Assembly: GCA_002269645.1 (NCBI GenBank)
Contig: NIVC01000568.1
Location: forward strand, 310,001 to 374,000
DNA from: Macrostomum lignano
Taxonomy: Eukaryota
Direction: 5' to 3'
DNA: 64,000 bases
Below, one piece after another: positions 17,979 through 31,373 of this stretch (positions are counted from its first letter, which is position 1; every line of letters begins with the position of its first letter). The notes beneath the pieces are model-generated. The model had not been told where the DNA came from. It saw only the letters and a program-made list of their open reading frames with translations, and made no database searches. Made by a program: the position numbers and the translations under genes.

Positions 17979-20936
17979 TCAGCATCTCGGGTCGGGCGAC
18001 CTCGGCCGCTTCCTCTGATTGGCTGAGCCAGCGGGGGACCCCGGGATCGGCCTGGATTTTTTAGACACCGTTGAAGACGACGCCGCCCCGCTAGTTGACA
18101 TGTCGAGCACTTCGGAGGATGCCGCCGGCTTCTTGCGCCTGGGGATCAGGGACACCACAGAGTCGCCAATCTCCAGCCGCTGACAGGGCAGTCCGTGACG
18201 CTCCATGGTTTTAGTCGGACTGTGCGAGGCCCAGCCTTTGTCCGCTACGTAGAACGGCTGACTGATTGGCAGTTCGATTTTGCGCACCTGTGGAATTGAT
18301 AAATATTGCTTATTAGTGGCTTGATTGCTTGTTTTACAGATATTAGTTTGATAGGTTTTGCTGTTTAATCTAACTCTGTTATAGAATTGACTAACTTAGG
18401 TCAATCTTTATGTCAGTGTTTTAGCTACCGTTAAGGTCAGTGCTTTATCTGATTTAGGTCAGTTTTTATCTGATTTAGGTCAGTTTTTATCTGATTTAGG
18501 TCAGTTTTTATCTAATTTAGGTCAGTGTTTTATCTGAATTTAGATCTGTGTTTACTCTGATTTAGGTCAGTGTTTTATCTGAATTTAAGTCAGCGTTTAC
18601 TCTGATTTACACTCAGATTTAGGTCAGCGTTTTATCAGGTCAGTGTTTACTCTGATTTAGGTCAGTGTTTACTCTGATTTAGGTCAGTGTTTTATCTGGA
18701 TTTAGGTCAGTGTTTACTCTGATTTACACTCAGATTTAGGTCAGTGTTTACTCTGATTTACACTCAGATTTAGGTCAGTTTTTATCTGATTTACACTCAG
18801 ATTTAGGTCAGTGTTTACTCTGATTTACACTCAGATTTAGGTCAGTTTTTATCTGATTTAGGTCAGCATTTTATCTGGATTTAGATCAGTGTTTACTCTG
18901 ATCTAGGTCAGTGTTTACTCTGATTTAGGTCAGTGTTAACTCTGATTTAGGTCAGTGTTTACTCTGATTTATACTCAGATTTAGTTCAGTTTTTATCTGA
19001 TTTAGGTCAGCGTTTTATCTGGATTTAGTTCAGTGTTTACTCTGATCTAGGTCAGTGTTTACTCTGATTTAGGTCAGTGTTAACTCTGATTTAGGTCAGT
19101 GTTTACTCTGATTTATACTCAGATTTAGGTCAGTTTTTATCTGATTTAGGTCAGTGTTTTATCTGGATTTAGTTCAGTGTTTCAACTCAAGTTTTAAGGT
19201 CAGGTTGTCAGCTCCAGTTTCCAGCAGAGAGGGCCTTTAGCCAAGAGTTTGTCAAGGTCTTACTGTAGATACCGTTCTGCATCAAATATAGCTAGTTGAT
19301 GAAGCTGCAACACCAGTTTAGCAGGAATACTTCAGCCATGTGTGTTTCCTGCTTTCAGTGCTCTGAAAACAAAACCAATTAGTAAAATTGGGAGTGTGAG
19401 TGAGTGATCTGTCTCCCTTGGGGCCTCTTGGGTAAACTCTCAGGCCGTGATCAAGGACCCTGATTGTTGCATTGTAGTGGTGTATAGAGAGAAAGAGCTG
19501 CCATGCTTTCTGGGGATTTGCAAAGTCGTGCTCAAGAATACAAATTCGATTTAAGCCGGGCACGCCTTGCATTAACAAGAATTTGCCTCATTACCCCTCT
19601 TGACAACTCCGGTCACAACCTTCTCACTTACAGTTCCATCATCCCCATCCCAGCCTCTTGGGAGCAGACTGACGAATAAGAGCGGAATTCTGATGAATCT
19701 GCGGAATTATTTTAAAGAGTTCGAAGGCACGCATTGCATGTTCTGCGCCTTCTAGAATTGCGTGTGTCATCAGCGCGTGTTTAATGCAAATGGTTGATTA
19801 AGGATTGTCAGTCTGCAGTTTCCTGCTGGCGCCCCTGGTGCTGGCGCCCCTGGTGCTGGCGCCCCTGGTGCTGGCGCCCCTGGTGCTGGCGCCCCTGGTG
19901 CTGGCGCCCCTGGTGCTGGCGCCCCTGGTGCTGGCGCCCCTGGTGCTGGCGCCCCTGGTGCTGGCGCCCCTGGTGCTGGCGCCCCTGGTGCTGGCGCCCC
20001 TGGTGCTGGCGCCCCTGGTGCTGGCGCCCCTGGTGCTGGCGCCCCTGGTGCTGGCGCCCCTGGTGCTGGCGCCCCTGGTGCTGGCGCCCCTGGTGCTGGC
20101 GCCCCTGGTGCTGGCGCCCCTGGTGCTGGCGCCCCTGGTGCTGGCGCCCCTGGTGCTGGCGCCCCTGGTGCTGGCGCCCCTGGTGCTGGCGCCCCTGGTG
20201 CTGGCGCCCCTGGTGCTGGCGCCCCTGGTGCTGGCGCCCCTGGTGCTGGCGCCCCTGGTGCTAAGAAAATCTTCGGTCAAGACAATCTGTCATTGATACA
20301 AACCGTGCATTGATTTAAGCCCTGTTTTGCCATCACATCCTTGTGCAGGAAATCTCAGAAGTCGAGAAGGCCAAAGAGATAACACAGAAATTTACTCTGA
20401 TGGGATGGGACTGATTGAATTAAATCACTCCCCCCGTTTCTTCTGCTCCCGCGTCTCTTCCTCCTCCCATTGCCGCAATCCAATTATTTCAATAATTATT
20501 TAATAGTTACGACTTTCAGCCGCGGCTGCGCAGCAAAACTCCGCGAGCTCTGAAGCCGCAGGAGCAGGGCTAGGGGGGGGGGGTGGCCTCGGACTCGATC
20601 CCTTGCCCCCCGCCTGAAGGCAAAAATCACGAAACCAAACCAGCAGGCGGGGACCCCTCCTCAAAGGATTACGCCCTTGCCCCCCCCCCCCCACCGCACC
20701 CAACCGTCTTTGCCCCGCCTGTCCGATCCCATCTGGATTAAACGCGCAGCAGAAACAGCAGCAGGGGATTGAGCTGTGCGATCCGCAGCGGAGGAAAATG
20801 AGTCGGGAAGGGGGGGGGGCGATCAGGCCGGCCAGCCCTGCGGGCTCAAATCTGCCCGCCCTGGTTCCGCGCCCCGGGATCAAGTTGAAGAAAATCTGAA
20901 GAGAGCGGGAGAGAGCAGAGAAGTCCTGCTCACACG

Positions 20937-20970
<34 letters not shown>

Positions 20971-23254
20971 TACACGCTCACATGAGCGCACCGACAGCTC
21001 ACACAACCGCAGTGGCCGCGGTTCCTTGGATGAGGACAGACAGTCAGCTGGGATGCGAATGCGATGCGATGAGAAACTTTGTTGTGTTTGACCCGATTAC
21101 CCGCGCTGCTGCAGGGGGTCTGTGATGCCGAAATCGCCCTAAGGGGCCGAGTGCTGGGGCTCCGATACTGGAGTGGACAGGGTTTCAGCTCCATAGAAAA
21201 GGGGGGGGGGGTTAAGGCCCGAGCCCTGTCTGGCTCGATCCGCTTTCGCTGCAGCAGAGCATTTGGTTTCTCCCGTCTCCTACTGCCGGGTGATTAAGGC
21301 CGGAGATCCGACACTCGCCGGCTAGCGACTAGCTGGGGGATATCAAGAGAAAATGAGGATCCGAGCTGGGATAAACACTAAGATACTTGTTCCCGACACC
21401 CGGCAATGGCCTCCCCGACCCCGACTTAATCCGCCCCCACCCCCGCCATCTCGCCGTCTCGGTTTCACTCCTTTGCAGGGCCACCAGACCGAGTGGCGGT
21501 TCAGCCTTTAATTTGAAAGCGAATAATATCAAGAATAAGAATGAAGATTACGAAGGCTCCCCATACACAGCCGCAGGTTTCAGATGATCTGTTATTATCA
21601 TTACAAACCTTTTCTGGTTGCCTGTAATTAAAGTGGCCAAGAAATAATGGCGCATTTGGGCGCCTCCCGCGGCGACAGGGTGGCCGCTCGCTCTGTCCCC
21701 CTGCCTCCGCCCCATCAGCTTAGCAATCGCCAACAAGCACCGGGCTATCGAGACTTTATTACTGCTTATTTACTTAATCCTTGACTAAACTGACTGGCGT
21801 GTTGGATTATGCCCCTATTAACACCTGGGGAATACTGTGCAACTGCAATGGCAGTCTGAATGACAACTTGTTACAATATAATCTTGTTGTGATTTTAATG
21901 ACCCCCCCCCCCAATTTTTTATTAGGGAGCACCTGACCCCCTTGACCTCCGCTGGTTAGCTTTTCTATAGCAGTTAAGCAATTATCTAAAATTTCAGTGG
22001 GGAGACAGAGTCCCCATTTCTATGCCAGGGGTCAGTTGTCCCCGGTCTCGATGCCAGGGGGTCAACTGCCCCCCCCCCCGATCTCTATGCCAAGGGGCCG
22101 GCTGCCTCCGATCTCTATGCCAAAGGGTCAGCTGCCCCTGCCCCTACCTGTTGATTGGTGCCTAAATAGCTGCCAAGTTTTTGCACACATGTTGCGCTCA
22201 CCTGTCTCCGATCCTGGCCCAGGGTGAACTCCAGCCGCACGGTGCCCTCCGGCGGGTTGTCCTCTGCTCGGGCCACCCGGCACCGCTCCAGCCGGTAGCG
22301 CGAGTTACCGCCGCCGTCGAAGTCGGCCAGCGACAAATCCTCAACTCGCTTGATCGCCCCAGCGCCGGTGGTCACCAGGGTGCCGCGTCGGAACAGCGCC
22401 GAGTTCGAAGAAGCCGTCTCGGGTTGTTGGCGCACCCCGTCCTCGTAGCGAGGCTGCGGCAGCAGCGGCGCCTGCGTCGGCGGCGGCGGAGGAGGAGGCG
22501 GCAGCAGAGGCAGCGACTGCGACGACTGTTGGTGCGGGTGCCGCTCCGAGTGCACCGGGTCAGCCTTGGAAGCTGTGGAGGCAGCGGCGGCGGCGGCTGC
22601 AGCTGCAGCAGCTGCGGCAGCCGCGGCTGCTGGACGCAGAGCTGGCGGAAACACTTCCGGCGGGCGGGAGAGCGGGAAAAGCAGTTGGTGCTGCTGCTGC
22701 TTGGCGCTGGAGCTCTGGCTTTTCCGACTGCCGCCGCCCCCGCCGCCTCCGAGGCCGCCGCCGGCCACGCTGATCGGAGGCCCGAACTGATAGCTGGCGG
22801 CGGCAGCTGACAAGGCGGCCACCGAGTCCAGCGGCGGCAATCTGGGATAAATTGGCGACAATGGGAAAGGCGAGAAGCTGGCCGGAAATCTCGGCGGCTT
22901 CATCATATCGGGCAGAATAGAGTGGAATCCTTGCGCCGAGTGCGGAGGCAGCGGAGGCGGCGGCGGCGGCGGCGGCCCGGGGAAGTGCGGGTAGAAGTTG
23001 TAGGCTGATGATTGAAATGCTGCCGCTGCTGCAGCCGCTGCCGCCGCCGCCGCTGCAGGGCTGGTCGCGGCTGCCGCACCGCCGCCACCGCCGCTGCCGC
23101 CGCTGCCTGCGCTGCCGCCGCCGCCCTCTAAATGTGACGATGATGGCGGCAATGACAGTTGAGGCGGCATCGGCGGCGGCGGCGGCGGCGGCGGTAGCGG
23201 CTGAAACGGCAGCGGCTGGGGTCGCCAGATGGACTTCTCTGCCGAGGTGGACAT
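17979..23254 (-). CDS. ATXN1: Ataxin-1-like AXH-domain protein; exons 23254-22202 and 18287-17979 (may extend further 5')
   Basis: The AXH domain is split by a phase-0 intron: LFRRGTLVTTGAGAIKRVEDLSLADF...TVRLEFTLGQDRRQ|VRKIELPISQPFYVADKGWASHSPTKTMERHGLPCQRLEIGDSVVSL. The N-terminus is low complexity (polyA/P/G) and the C-terminus has a basic RKRPRSP motif. Confidence 0.88.
18415..19175. repeat. Degenerate ~21-bp minisatellite (TCTGATTTAGGTCAGTGTTTA) in the ATXN1-like intron
   Basis: Direct inspection. Confidence 0.92.
19824..20264 (-). repeat. 15-bp minisatellite (GGGGCGCCAGCACCA)n on the minus strand, about 29 units; same family as 337-633
   Basis: Perfect tandem array of CCCCTGGTGCTGGCG on the plus strand. 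Confidence 0.97.
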
Positions 23255-24344
23255 TGAGGCTGAGTTGGTTGCTGACAGAGTGACAAACTGGAGTTTCGCT
23301 GGAGGCCCTGCAATTCAACAAATCGCTCGCTAACTGAGTGACTGTCTTTGCTTTTTTCAGGAAATTCGCAGCAAGCGGGCGGGAGGCGTCTGAGTTGCCT
23401 TCACTACCCAGCCACTCTCTAGCGTAATAGTAGGGGGGGGGGGGTAACGGGAGAGTGATGGGGAACGGGGATGCCCGGGAGAGAGAGGGGGTCAGGATTC
23501 GTGGATGAACCAGATGGAGCCTTACTGGCTGGGACAGGGGAGTCTGGACAGCCAATTGGGGATCTGGAATTTTCAATAGGAGGAAACTCGCGCCCCGACA
23601 CCGAAGCTGGGCAAGGAATTATGCAGAAAATCAAGGATCAGCTGCTCCTTATAGCTCATAATGACTATTTATATTAATCTCTGATCTCAAATGACCAGCG
23701 CCTACTACAAGGTTAAGCAGATTTGCCACCGGTTAGCCGCATATTTTTGTTTTTTTTTCCAAATTTGAATCTTCTCAGCTCTATTATTTCCCTCAAATTG
23801 CCGGGGGATTTTGTCGAGAGAGAGAGAGACAGACAAGCTTTGAGTCCCAATTTTAGCGCTCCACCCCCACCCTATTGACCCTATTGATGATCCGGGACGC
23901 GGTTTAATTATACAGATTGTATTAGAGTGGGAAATGAGCATATTAGTTAGAGCCTCATCAACAGGGCACACGTGGCACGCCTATTCTCGATCCCTGTTAT
24001 CAAACTGAAGGCATGCGGGATCCTCTATGACCGTCAGCTCCTGCTGCCACTGCAGCACCCATGCAGCAATACTTCACAACCGCCGCCAGCTGTTTTGTTG
24101 AGAGACAACAGAGAAAAAGACAAAAAATCTGCCCCAAATTTGAGACTCGTCATGCTCGATTGTTGCCGTTGGATTATACGGTGCGAACCTTGTTATTATA
24201 TGAGGCATCCATTAGCCTGATTCACGATTTTCCACCTGGGCCATTGTCCGGTTGTGATTTCACTGCTCTGTCTGCCACGCTTCAAGTCGGTTTTAATCCC
24301 CACTGATTCTCTCAGTAACCCTATTTTCCTACGGGCAGCCACTT

Positions 24345-25000
24345 CTCTCTCTTCCAGTGTCTACTTCTCTCCCAGTGTCTACTTCGCTCTCTCCCAGTGT
24401 CTACTTCTCTCTCTCCCAGTGTCTACTTCTCTCTCTCCCAGTGTCTACTTCTCTCTCTCCCAGTGTCTACTTCTCTCTCTCCCAGTGTCTACTTCTCTCT
24501 CTCCTTCCCCGTGTCTACTTCTCTCTCTCCCAGTGTCTACTTCTCTCTCTCCTTCCCCGTGTCTACTTCTCTCTCTCCCCAGTGTCTACTTCTCTCTCCC
24601 CCCAGTGTCTACTTCTCTCCACCAGTGTCTACTCCTCTCTCGTTTCCAGTGTCTACTCCTCTCTCCTTTCCAGTGTCTACTCCTCTCTCCTTTCCAGTGT
24701 CTACTCCTCTCTCCTTTCCAGGGTCTACTTATCTCTCCCTCTCAGTGTCTACTTCTATCTCTCTCCCCAGTGTCTCCTTCTCTCTCTTTCTCCCAGTGTC
24801 TACTTCTCTCTCTTTCTCCCAGTGTCTACTTCTCTCTCTTTCTCCCAGTGTCTACTTCTCTCTCTTTCTCCCAGTGTCTACTTCTCTCTCTTTCTCCCAG
24901 TGTCTACTTCTCTCCTTCAGTGTCTACTTCTCTCTCGTTTCCAGGGTCTACTTATCTCTCCCTCTCAGTGTCTACTTCTCTCCCTCCCTCCCAGTGTCTA
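24345..25000. repeat. Pyrimidine-rich minisatellite (CCCAGTGTCTACTTCTCTCTCT)n
   Basis: About 30 variable-length units. Confidence 0.92.
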
Positions 25001-25282
25001 ATTCTGTCTCTCTCCTTCCCAATGTCCATCTATGTCTATCAACTCAACCTTGGCCAACTATCTCCAGTTCCATTTGATTCTGACTATTAATTAAGCTGGT
25101 ACCCAGTCGGCCGCAATGCAGCGTGAGAATCAGCATTCGCAGCTGTTCCGCCTCCCTTAGACCCCCATATACTATACACATCTGCATGGCATCCCCTTCC
25201 TCACTCGCTGATTGTCTAGTGATTAAAAGCAATTCCCCCCTCCCTCAACGTCATGTGTCGCTTCTTAAGATTGCGGCAGCAG

Positions 25283-25318
<36 letters not shown>

Positions 25319-25984
25319 GCACCCTCTGACGGAACAGGGCCATCCTCAAGTTCTTTCATGCATCTGTATTTTGTTTGTCTTAGTTCTGCCACGAGAGCTT
25401 TAATGCGCGGAGGCGTGACGGAATGCCCGGGCGGGTAAAAGTTGGGCCTTTACTCTCCCACCCCTCCCCCTCTCTTGATTATTCTGTGCAACTGACTGAC
25501 AGGCCCGCGCTCGGGCGCATCACGACAAGGAAAACTACAAGCGCGGCGGCGGTGAAGGGCTGGTGGTGGGGGAGGGAGCATTTATTGTCTTTTAATTTTC
25601 CCCGAGCCTGACCTCAACTATATTTTGTAGAGGCTCTCTCGTTGCTGACTGGGTTTTCAAAGTGAAATATTTTCCGATTTCCATTAATAGCATTTTTTAC
25701 GATCTAGCGCGCCCGGTCTGGCAATCGGAAATGTCACTTGCTGGTATCTTTGTGTGCGGATTTTTTCTATTGCATTGGTAGCCGTCTACGAATTCAAAGC
25801 GCTGCCTCTTATGGGATAGGTGGTTTTGTTTAAGTTAATTGGCTTTTTAAGACTGTGTGAGAAGGAGACATGGGAGTAGGTAGGGAGTAGACAGGAACTG
25901 TCAAAGTTGAACCTGGAAAACAAACAGAGAAATACTGAGCCCTGACAAACTGAAGGAAGTATAATGAGACAAGTAGTCAGTTGG

Positions 25985-26252
25985 GAGGGAAGTAGACAGG
26001 GGGTAGAGAAGTAGACAGGGAAAAGAGAAGTAGACAATGGTGAGAGAAGTAGACAGTGGTGAGAGAAGTAGACAGGGGGAGCGAAGCAGACAGGGGGAGA
26101 GAAGTAGACAGTGGAGAGGGAAGTAGACAGGGGAGCGAAGCAGACAGGGGAGAGAAGTAGACAGGGGAGCGAAGCAGACAGGGGGAGAGAAGTAAACAAC
26201 GGAGAGGGAAGCAGACGGGGGAGAGAAGTAGACAGGGGGAGAGAAGTAGACC
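25985..26252. repeat. Minisatellite (GAGAAGTAGACAGGGG)n, inverted relative of 24345-25000
   Basis: Shares the core GTCTACTTCTC on the opposite strand. Confidence 0.88.
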
Positions 26253-28749
26253 ATAGGCAGACTAGTGACTAACGGTAGTTACAAGATGCCAGAAACCGGA
26301 GAGGGGCAGAAGTGGTAGGCATAAGGGAAAGTGGGTCGCAAAAAGTAGGGGCATTATTAAGGAAACCATCGGCAAAGGACATGGCCAAGACGTGAATGGT
26401 ATTGTGGCGTGACTCTGTGTTGCTTCCAGACAGGCCTGAATATTAGGCGGCCCAGCTGAGAGACAAATGATGAAAATCCCTTTACGGATTTTGCGTGCGA
26501 TTTAAGCTAAGAAAAATGCCTCAAAGATAGAAGAACAGATCCACAGGAAATGGGAACGATATTGGCGGATTAAAGCGGACTTGCTAAAATCCTTAATCTC
26601 TTTGTCGGTTTGGAGAGCAAGCTAATCTACGGCAATGCCTCTTCACACCGCCGTGGCAGCTCAGAAGCTCTCAGAGGCTCTGCATCAATCTGCCCTCCTC
26701 CCACTTCTCATTAGGGATAACTTCCGACTGCCGGGGGCAGGTACGAATGATGGAAATCTAATCTGAGCTTTAATGACTGCTCCGGCAGCTCCTCCCACTT
26801 TGCTTGTTGTTTTGCTCAGTCGAGTGAACAGCATCCGGGATTGTTTTACCAACATGCAGCTTTCATTGAGAGTGCTTGGAGTGAGTGAGCCGAGTGAGTG
26901 AGTGAATGGGGAATTAAGGAACAGAGAGAGAGCACGGAATGCGAGCGACAGTGTGAGAAAAAGTGGATCGAAGCCACTAACCCAGCCCAGTGGTGTGGGG
27001 TCTCTAATTGCCACAACAGGTCGGGTTGGGTTGCATCAAACAGTTCTGCGCCCGGCATCCCAGTAGTGAGCGGGACAGATGTGAATGGGATAAATATCCC
27101 AATGTGGGCCAGGGAGGAAACGGCTCAACTGAATGCCCGAAGCTATCGATCTGGACGATGAGGATTGAAGAAATGAGGCTGGCCGGGGCCGGGCCGTCTT
27201 GAGCACAGAAACTCTTTTATTTGCCGTTCTCAAAGCAAAAGTGACCGCTCCCTCCCGCCTGCCTGCCTCACTCAGTAGCCAAAGAGCCTCGGGACAACTG
27301 TGTATACGAGAACAATGAGTCGAAACCGCTTATCCACACGCACACACACTGCACACAATTTTGCTTTGTATATTCTGTTAATGCAGTCATTCATCTCTGC
27401 TCAAGGTAGAGAACTCGAAAGGGAAACTGATAAGCCTGTTCTGGAGAGACACGCCAGCGGATTGGGCGCTCAATTCTGCAGACCCGTTTCTACTCGCGTT
27501 GCACCTATCACGCGATAACTCTGCGCGCGACACACAGCCCCCGGGCCCCTTGTCAAGCACTTGGCCAACTCTTTTATTATTATTGGAATTCGAGAGACAC
27601 AGGGCGAGAGTCGGCCGAGGCGCTGGGACAGCCGCGCTCGCTCGGCCATTTGCGTGATGTTTTAATCCATTTGGCCAGCCGTTCCCCCTTTCCTTAATCG
27701 TTTCGCTCGGCAGAACAAGACAGACAGGGCCGGCCTCGCGCTGCACAGGGGAAACTTATTATTTTTCTTCTTAACACTCCTCCACACTCCTCCACAAGGA
27801 GGCCATCTTTAGTTGTCTTGAGCGATCACTTCACTGCCAGACCCGTAGTCCCCTCGCCGCGGGGGTGAGAGTCGTGTGCGTGCGTGTGTGTGAGGTGAGA
27901 CTGCCCTGGCCTGCCGGGCCGCTCTCACTCAACCTATCCGTGCATCCGGGCTGGGCGCACGCCTTGGTCGAGTGGCTAGTAATAAAGACAAGTCGATAAG
28001 CGCTTGATTGGATTTCGTACCTGCGAGATGTTCCTCTCCTTTCCTGGCTGTCTCTCTTGGTTCGCCCCCCGATTATCAGCTACCGTGGCCCCAGCGCCCA
28101 CTTGGCCGTGGCCAGCTGTCACGGAATCCCCGGGCCTGTACAGGGACATCCTGATCTAGAAACTGGAGAGTCTGACTGTATGATATCAGTTTAGGATTCT
28201 GAGCAATACTCAAATGCGCCTTGGTCTTGACAGAACATTTCAATTTGGCATAGAAGTTCGGGCTCAAATAGGCTTTCTTGGGCTTTTCTATGTCGCATTT
28301 TTGAGGGTCGAGCTGGGCCCTAGGGTCAGCCCTACCAAGTTATGGTGTCTTGTAATAGGGGCTAGTCCAAGTTCTGCTTCTATAGATCTCCTTGGCCTGT
28401 AGATCCCATTTTCGACCCCTCCCCCACAGTCTAATCCCTTCTCTGCAGCCTTATTCAACCGGCTCTCCGAGCTCCCAGGTGAGTCGAAATTACCGCAAAC
28501 TCAACCTCCACTCTCGCCTTTCCCTCCACTTTCCCGTCCCTCTCCACAAGCACTAACTGGTTAGAGGCTGTCGAACACTTGCGCCACTCTCACGAAATCA
28601 CACTTCATCGAACGCACTACACAGGAAGAAGCAGGTGAGAATCTCTTTCTTAGTGAGGCTTAAGTTTGTTAGAGCTCGCGTTTTTTTGCTGGCACGATTT
28701 GCTCACTTGGATCCTGTCTCAAATTTCCTAGAATCCGCTACAATTCCTA

Positions 28750-29525
28750 GCACCCGATGCAGTCCCTGACACCCCGATGCGATGCCTGACACCCCGATGC
28801 GATCCCTGACACCCCGATGCGATCCCTGACACCCCGATGCGATCCCTGACACCCCGATGCGATCCCTGACACCCCGATGCGATCCCTGACACCCCGATGC
28901 GATCCCTGACACCCCGATGCAGTCATTGACACCCCGATGCGATCCCTGACACCCCAATGCCGTCCCTGACACTCCGATGCAGAGCTTGACACCCGATGCG
29001 ATCACTGACACCTCGATGCAGTGTCTGACACCCCGATGCAGTCTCTGACACCCTGATGCGATCCCTGACACCCCGATGCGATCTCTGACACCCCGGTGCG
29101 ATCTCTGACACCCCGATGCGATCTCTGACACCCCGATGCAGTCCCTGACACTCCGATGCAGAGCCTGACACCCCGATGGGATCACTGACACCTCGATGCA
29201 TGTCTGACACTCCGATGCAGTCCCTGACACTCTCGATGCAGAGCCTGACACCCCGATGGGATCACTGACACCTCGATGCATGTCTGACACTCCGATGCAG
29301 TCCCTGACACTCCGATGCAGAGCCTGACACCCCGATGGGATCACTGACACCTCGATGCATGTCTGACACCCCGATGCAGTCCCTGAAACTCCTATGCAGA
29401 GCCTGACACCCCGATGGGTTCACTGACCCTCGATGCATGTCTGACACTCCGATGCAGTCCCTGACACTCTCGATGCAGTCCCTGACACCCCGATGCAGTG
29501 TCTGACACTCCGATGCAGTCCCTGC
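28750..29525. repeat. 20-bp minisatellite (GATCCCTGACACCCCGATGC)n with higher-order variants
   Basis: About 39 units. Confidence 0.95.
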
Positions 29526-30686
29526 CACCTTTCGCAGTTCCTAGCGATAATCTCCTATCGCTCCGAGTTAAGTAAAGTCAATATCTACAAAAACACAATT
29601 CTAGTTGCATTGAACAACTCTGGACTGTAGCAGCCCTCGAAATCAGGCAATTTGAATATGGAAGCAGCGCCTACTCCATGGGGGTTGGCTGCCTGGCCAG
29701 TTTGCCTGAGGAAGAGACGGCTCGGGCGCACTCGGGTAATAAAATTGACCCAATCAAAAATCCCCTTGCCCAGGCCCGTTAGAAGCCAAAAAGCGGCTGC
29801 CCCTCTCTCTCGCTGGATCATTAATGCCTGCTCAGGCCCTCCTTGGCTAACCTTTCCCCTCCTAAACTTCCTAATGAGTCTCGGACTCGCGAGTAACTCC
29901 TTCCTTGGCTGTGTGGGACCGGGGGTGGGGGCTGCTGGCCGCCTGATGGCGTCAATTGCCAGGTTGGGTCTCGGGTGACCAGGCCCCGCTGCGGAGGCGG
30001 GGAAGCTGGGGGCTCCCCGCCACTGTGCTCAGACTCTGTTGGCCTCTCGCCTTTCTTTCTAACAAATTTCTTTCTTTCTCCCCTTCCCCAGTGGGGGCTC
30101 AAGGGTCATCCAATTTCCTCGTCATGAGATTATCCTGAGATCCACAACCTGATGAGAGTTTGTCCACCTAGATGGATCAAATTTTTGAAGCAAAATCCCT
30201 AACTAAATTGCAATTCTGAGTACTTTGATTTGCATCTGCTTTGCTAGGGCGCCAACGCTAGGCTACTTTAAGGGGGGTGGAAAGACGAGATGGACCAGGG
30301 GAGGAGCAGTGGGGACCAAGCGTCAGTGGGGATTTGATCTTCCCGCTCATTTCGGTCCCGAAATTGGCCGTCTCGCCTTTCCGGACCAGCGCCCACCAGA
30401 CCTCCCAATGCCAACGACTTCCCCCATAGCAGCCGGGTCCTTGCGAGTCTTTGCCAACCCCCTTGATCGGGGGCTTAGATTAGTCTGCGATGCTGAGCGT
30501 GAAATTCAACAATCCTCGGACCACATTTTGCGTCGTGTTTTGAAGATCGCCAAGCCAAGGGGCTGTTGGTGACTAAGAAATCAATGAGGCTGGATGTGGA
30601 ATCTTCAATGAGAAAGTCAGGACCGATGTACACCCTGTGTCATCGGAATGAGCCTGTTTGCTTGCCTCTTCGCTGCTACGTGACAA

Positions 30687-31373
30687 CTTGATGTGCCTTG
30701 ATGTGTCTTGATGTGTCTTGATGTGTCTTGATGTGTCTTGATGTGTCTTGATGTGTCTTGATGTGTCTTGATGTGTCTTGATGTGTCTTGATGTGCCTTG
30801 ATGTGCCTTGATGTGTCTTGATGTGTCTTGATGTGTCTTGATGTGTCTTGATGTGTCTTGATGTGCCTTGATGTGTCTTGATGTGTCTTGATGTGTCTTG
30901 ATGTGCCTTGATGTGTCTTGATGTGTCTTGATGTGTCTTGATGTGCCTTGATGTGCCTTGATGTGTCTTGATGTGTCTTGATGTGCCTTGATGTGCCTTG
31001 ATGTGTCTTGATGTGTCTTGATGTGTCTTGATGTGTCTTGATGTGCCTTGATGTGCCTTGATGTGCCTTGATGTGTCTTGATGTGTCTTGATGTGTCTTG
31101 ATGTGTCTTGATGTGTCTTGATGTGTCTTGATGTGCCTTGATGTGTCTTGATGTGTCTTGATGTGTCTTGATGTGCCTTGATGTGTCTTGATGTGTCTTG
31201 ATGTGTCTTGATGTGCCTTGATGTGCCTTGATGTGTCTTGATGTGTCTTGATGTGTCTTGATGTGTCTTGATGTGCCTTGATGTGTCTTGATGTGTCTTA
31301 ATGTGCCTTGATGTGCCTTGATGTGTCTTAATGTGTCTTGATGTGCTTTGTTGTGTCTTGATGTGCCTTGATG
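30687..31373. repeat. 10-bp minisatellite (TTGATGTGTC / TTGATGTGCC)n
   Basis: About 69 units of two alternating variants. Confidence 0.97.

Noticed and set aside
22181-23576. Overlapping alternative-frame and antisense ORFs over the ATXN1-like exon
   Set aside because: Expected shadows of GC-rich GCN/CCN-repeat coding sequence.
25270-25316. (CAG)n tract within the ataxin-1 locus as a polyQ exon
   Set aside because: It is on the opposite strand to the gene, short, and has no exon context.
28470-28640. Two strong plus-strand GTGAG donors suggesting an antisense transcript
   Set aside because: No partner acceptors or ORF; such hexamers are expected by chance. It needs RNA data.
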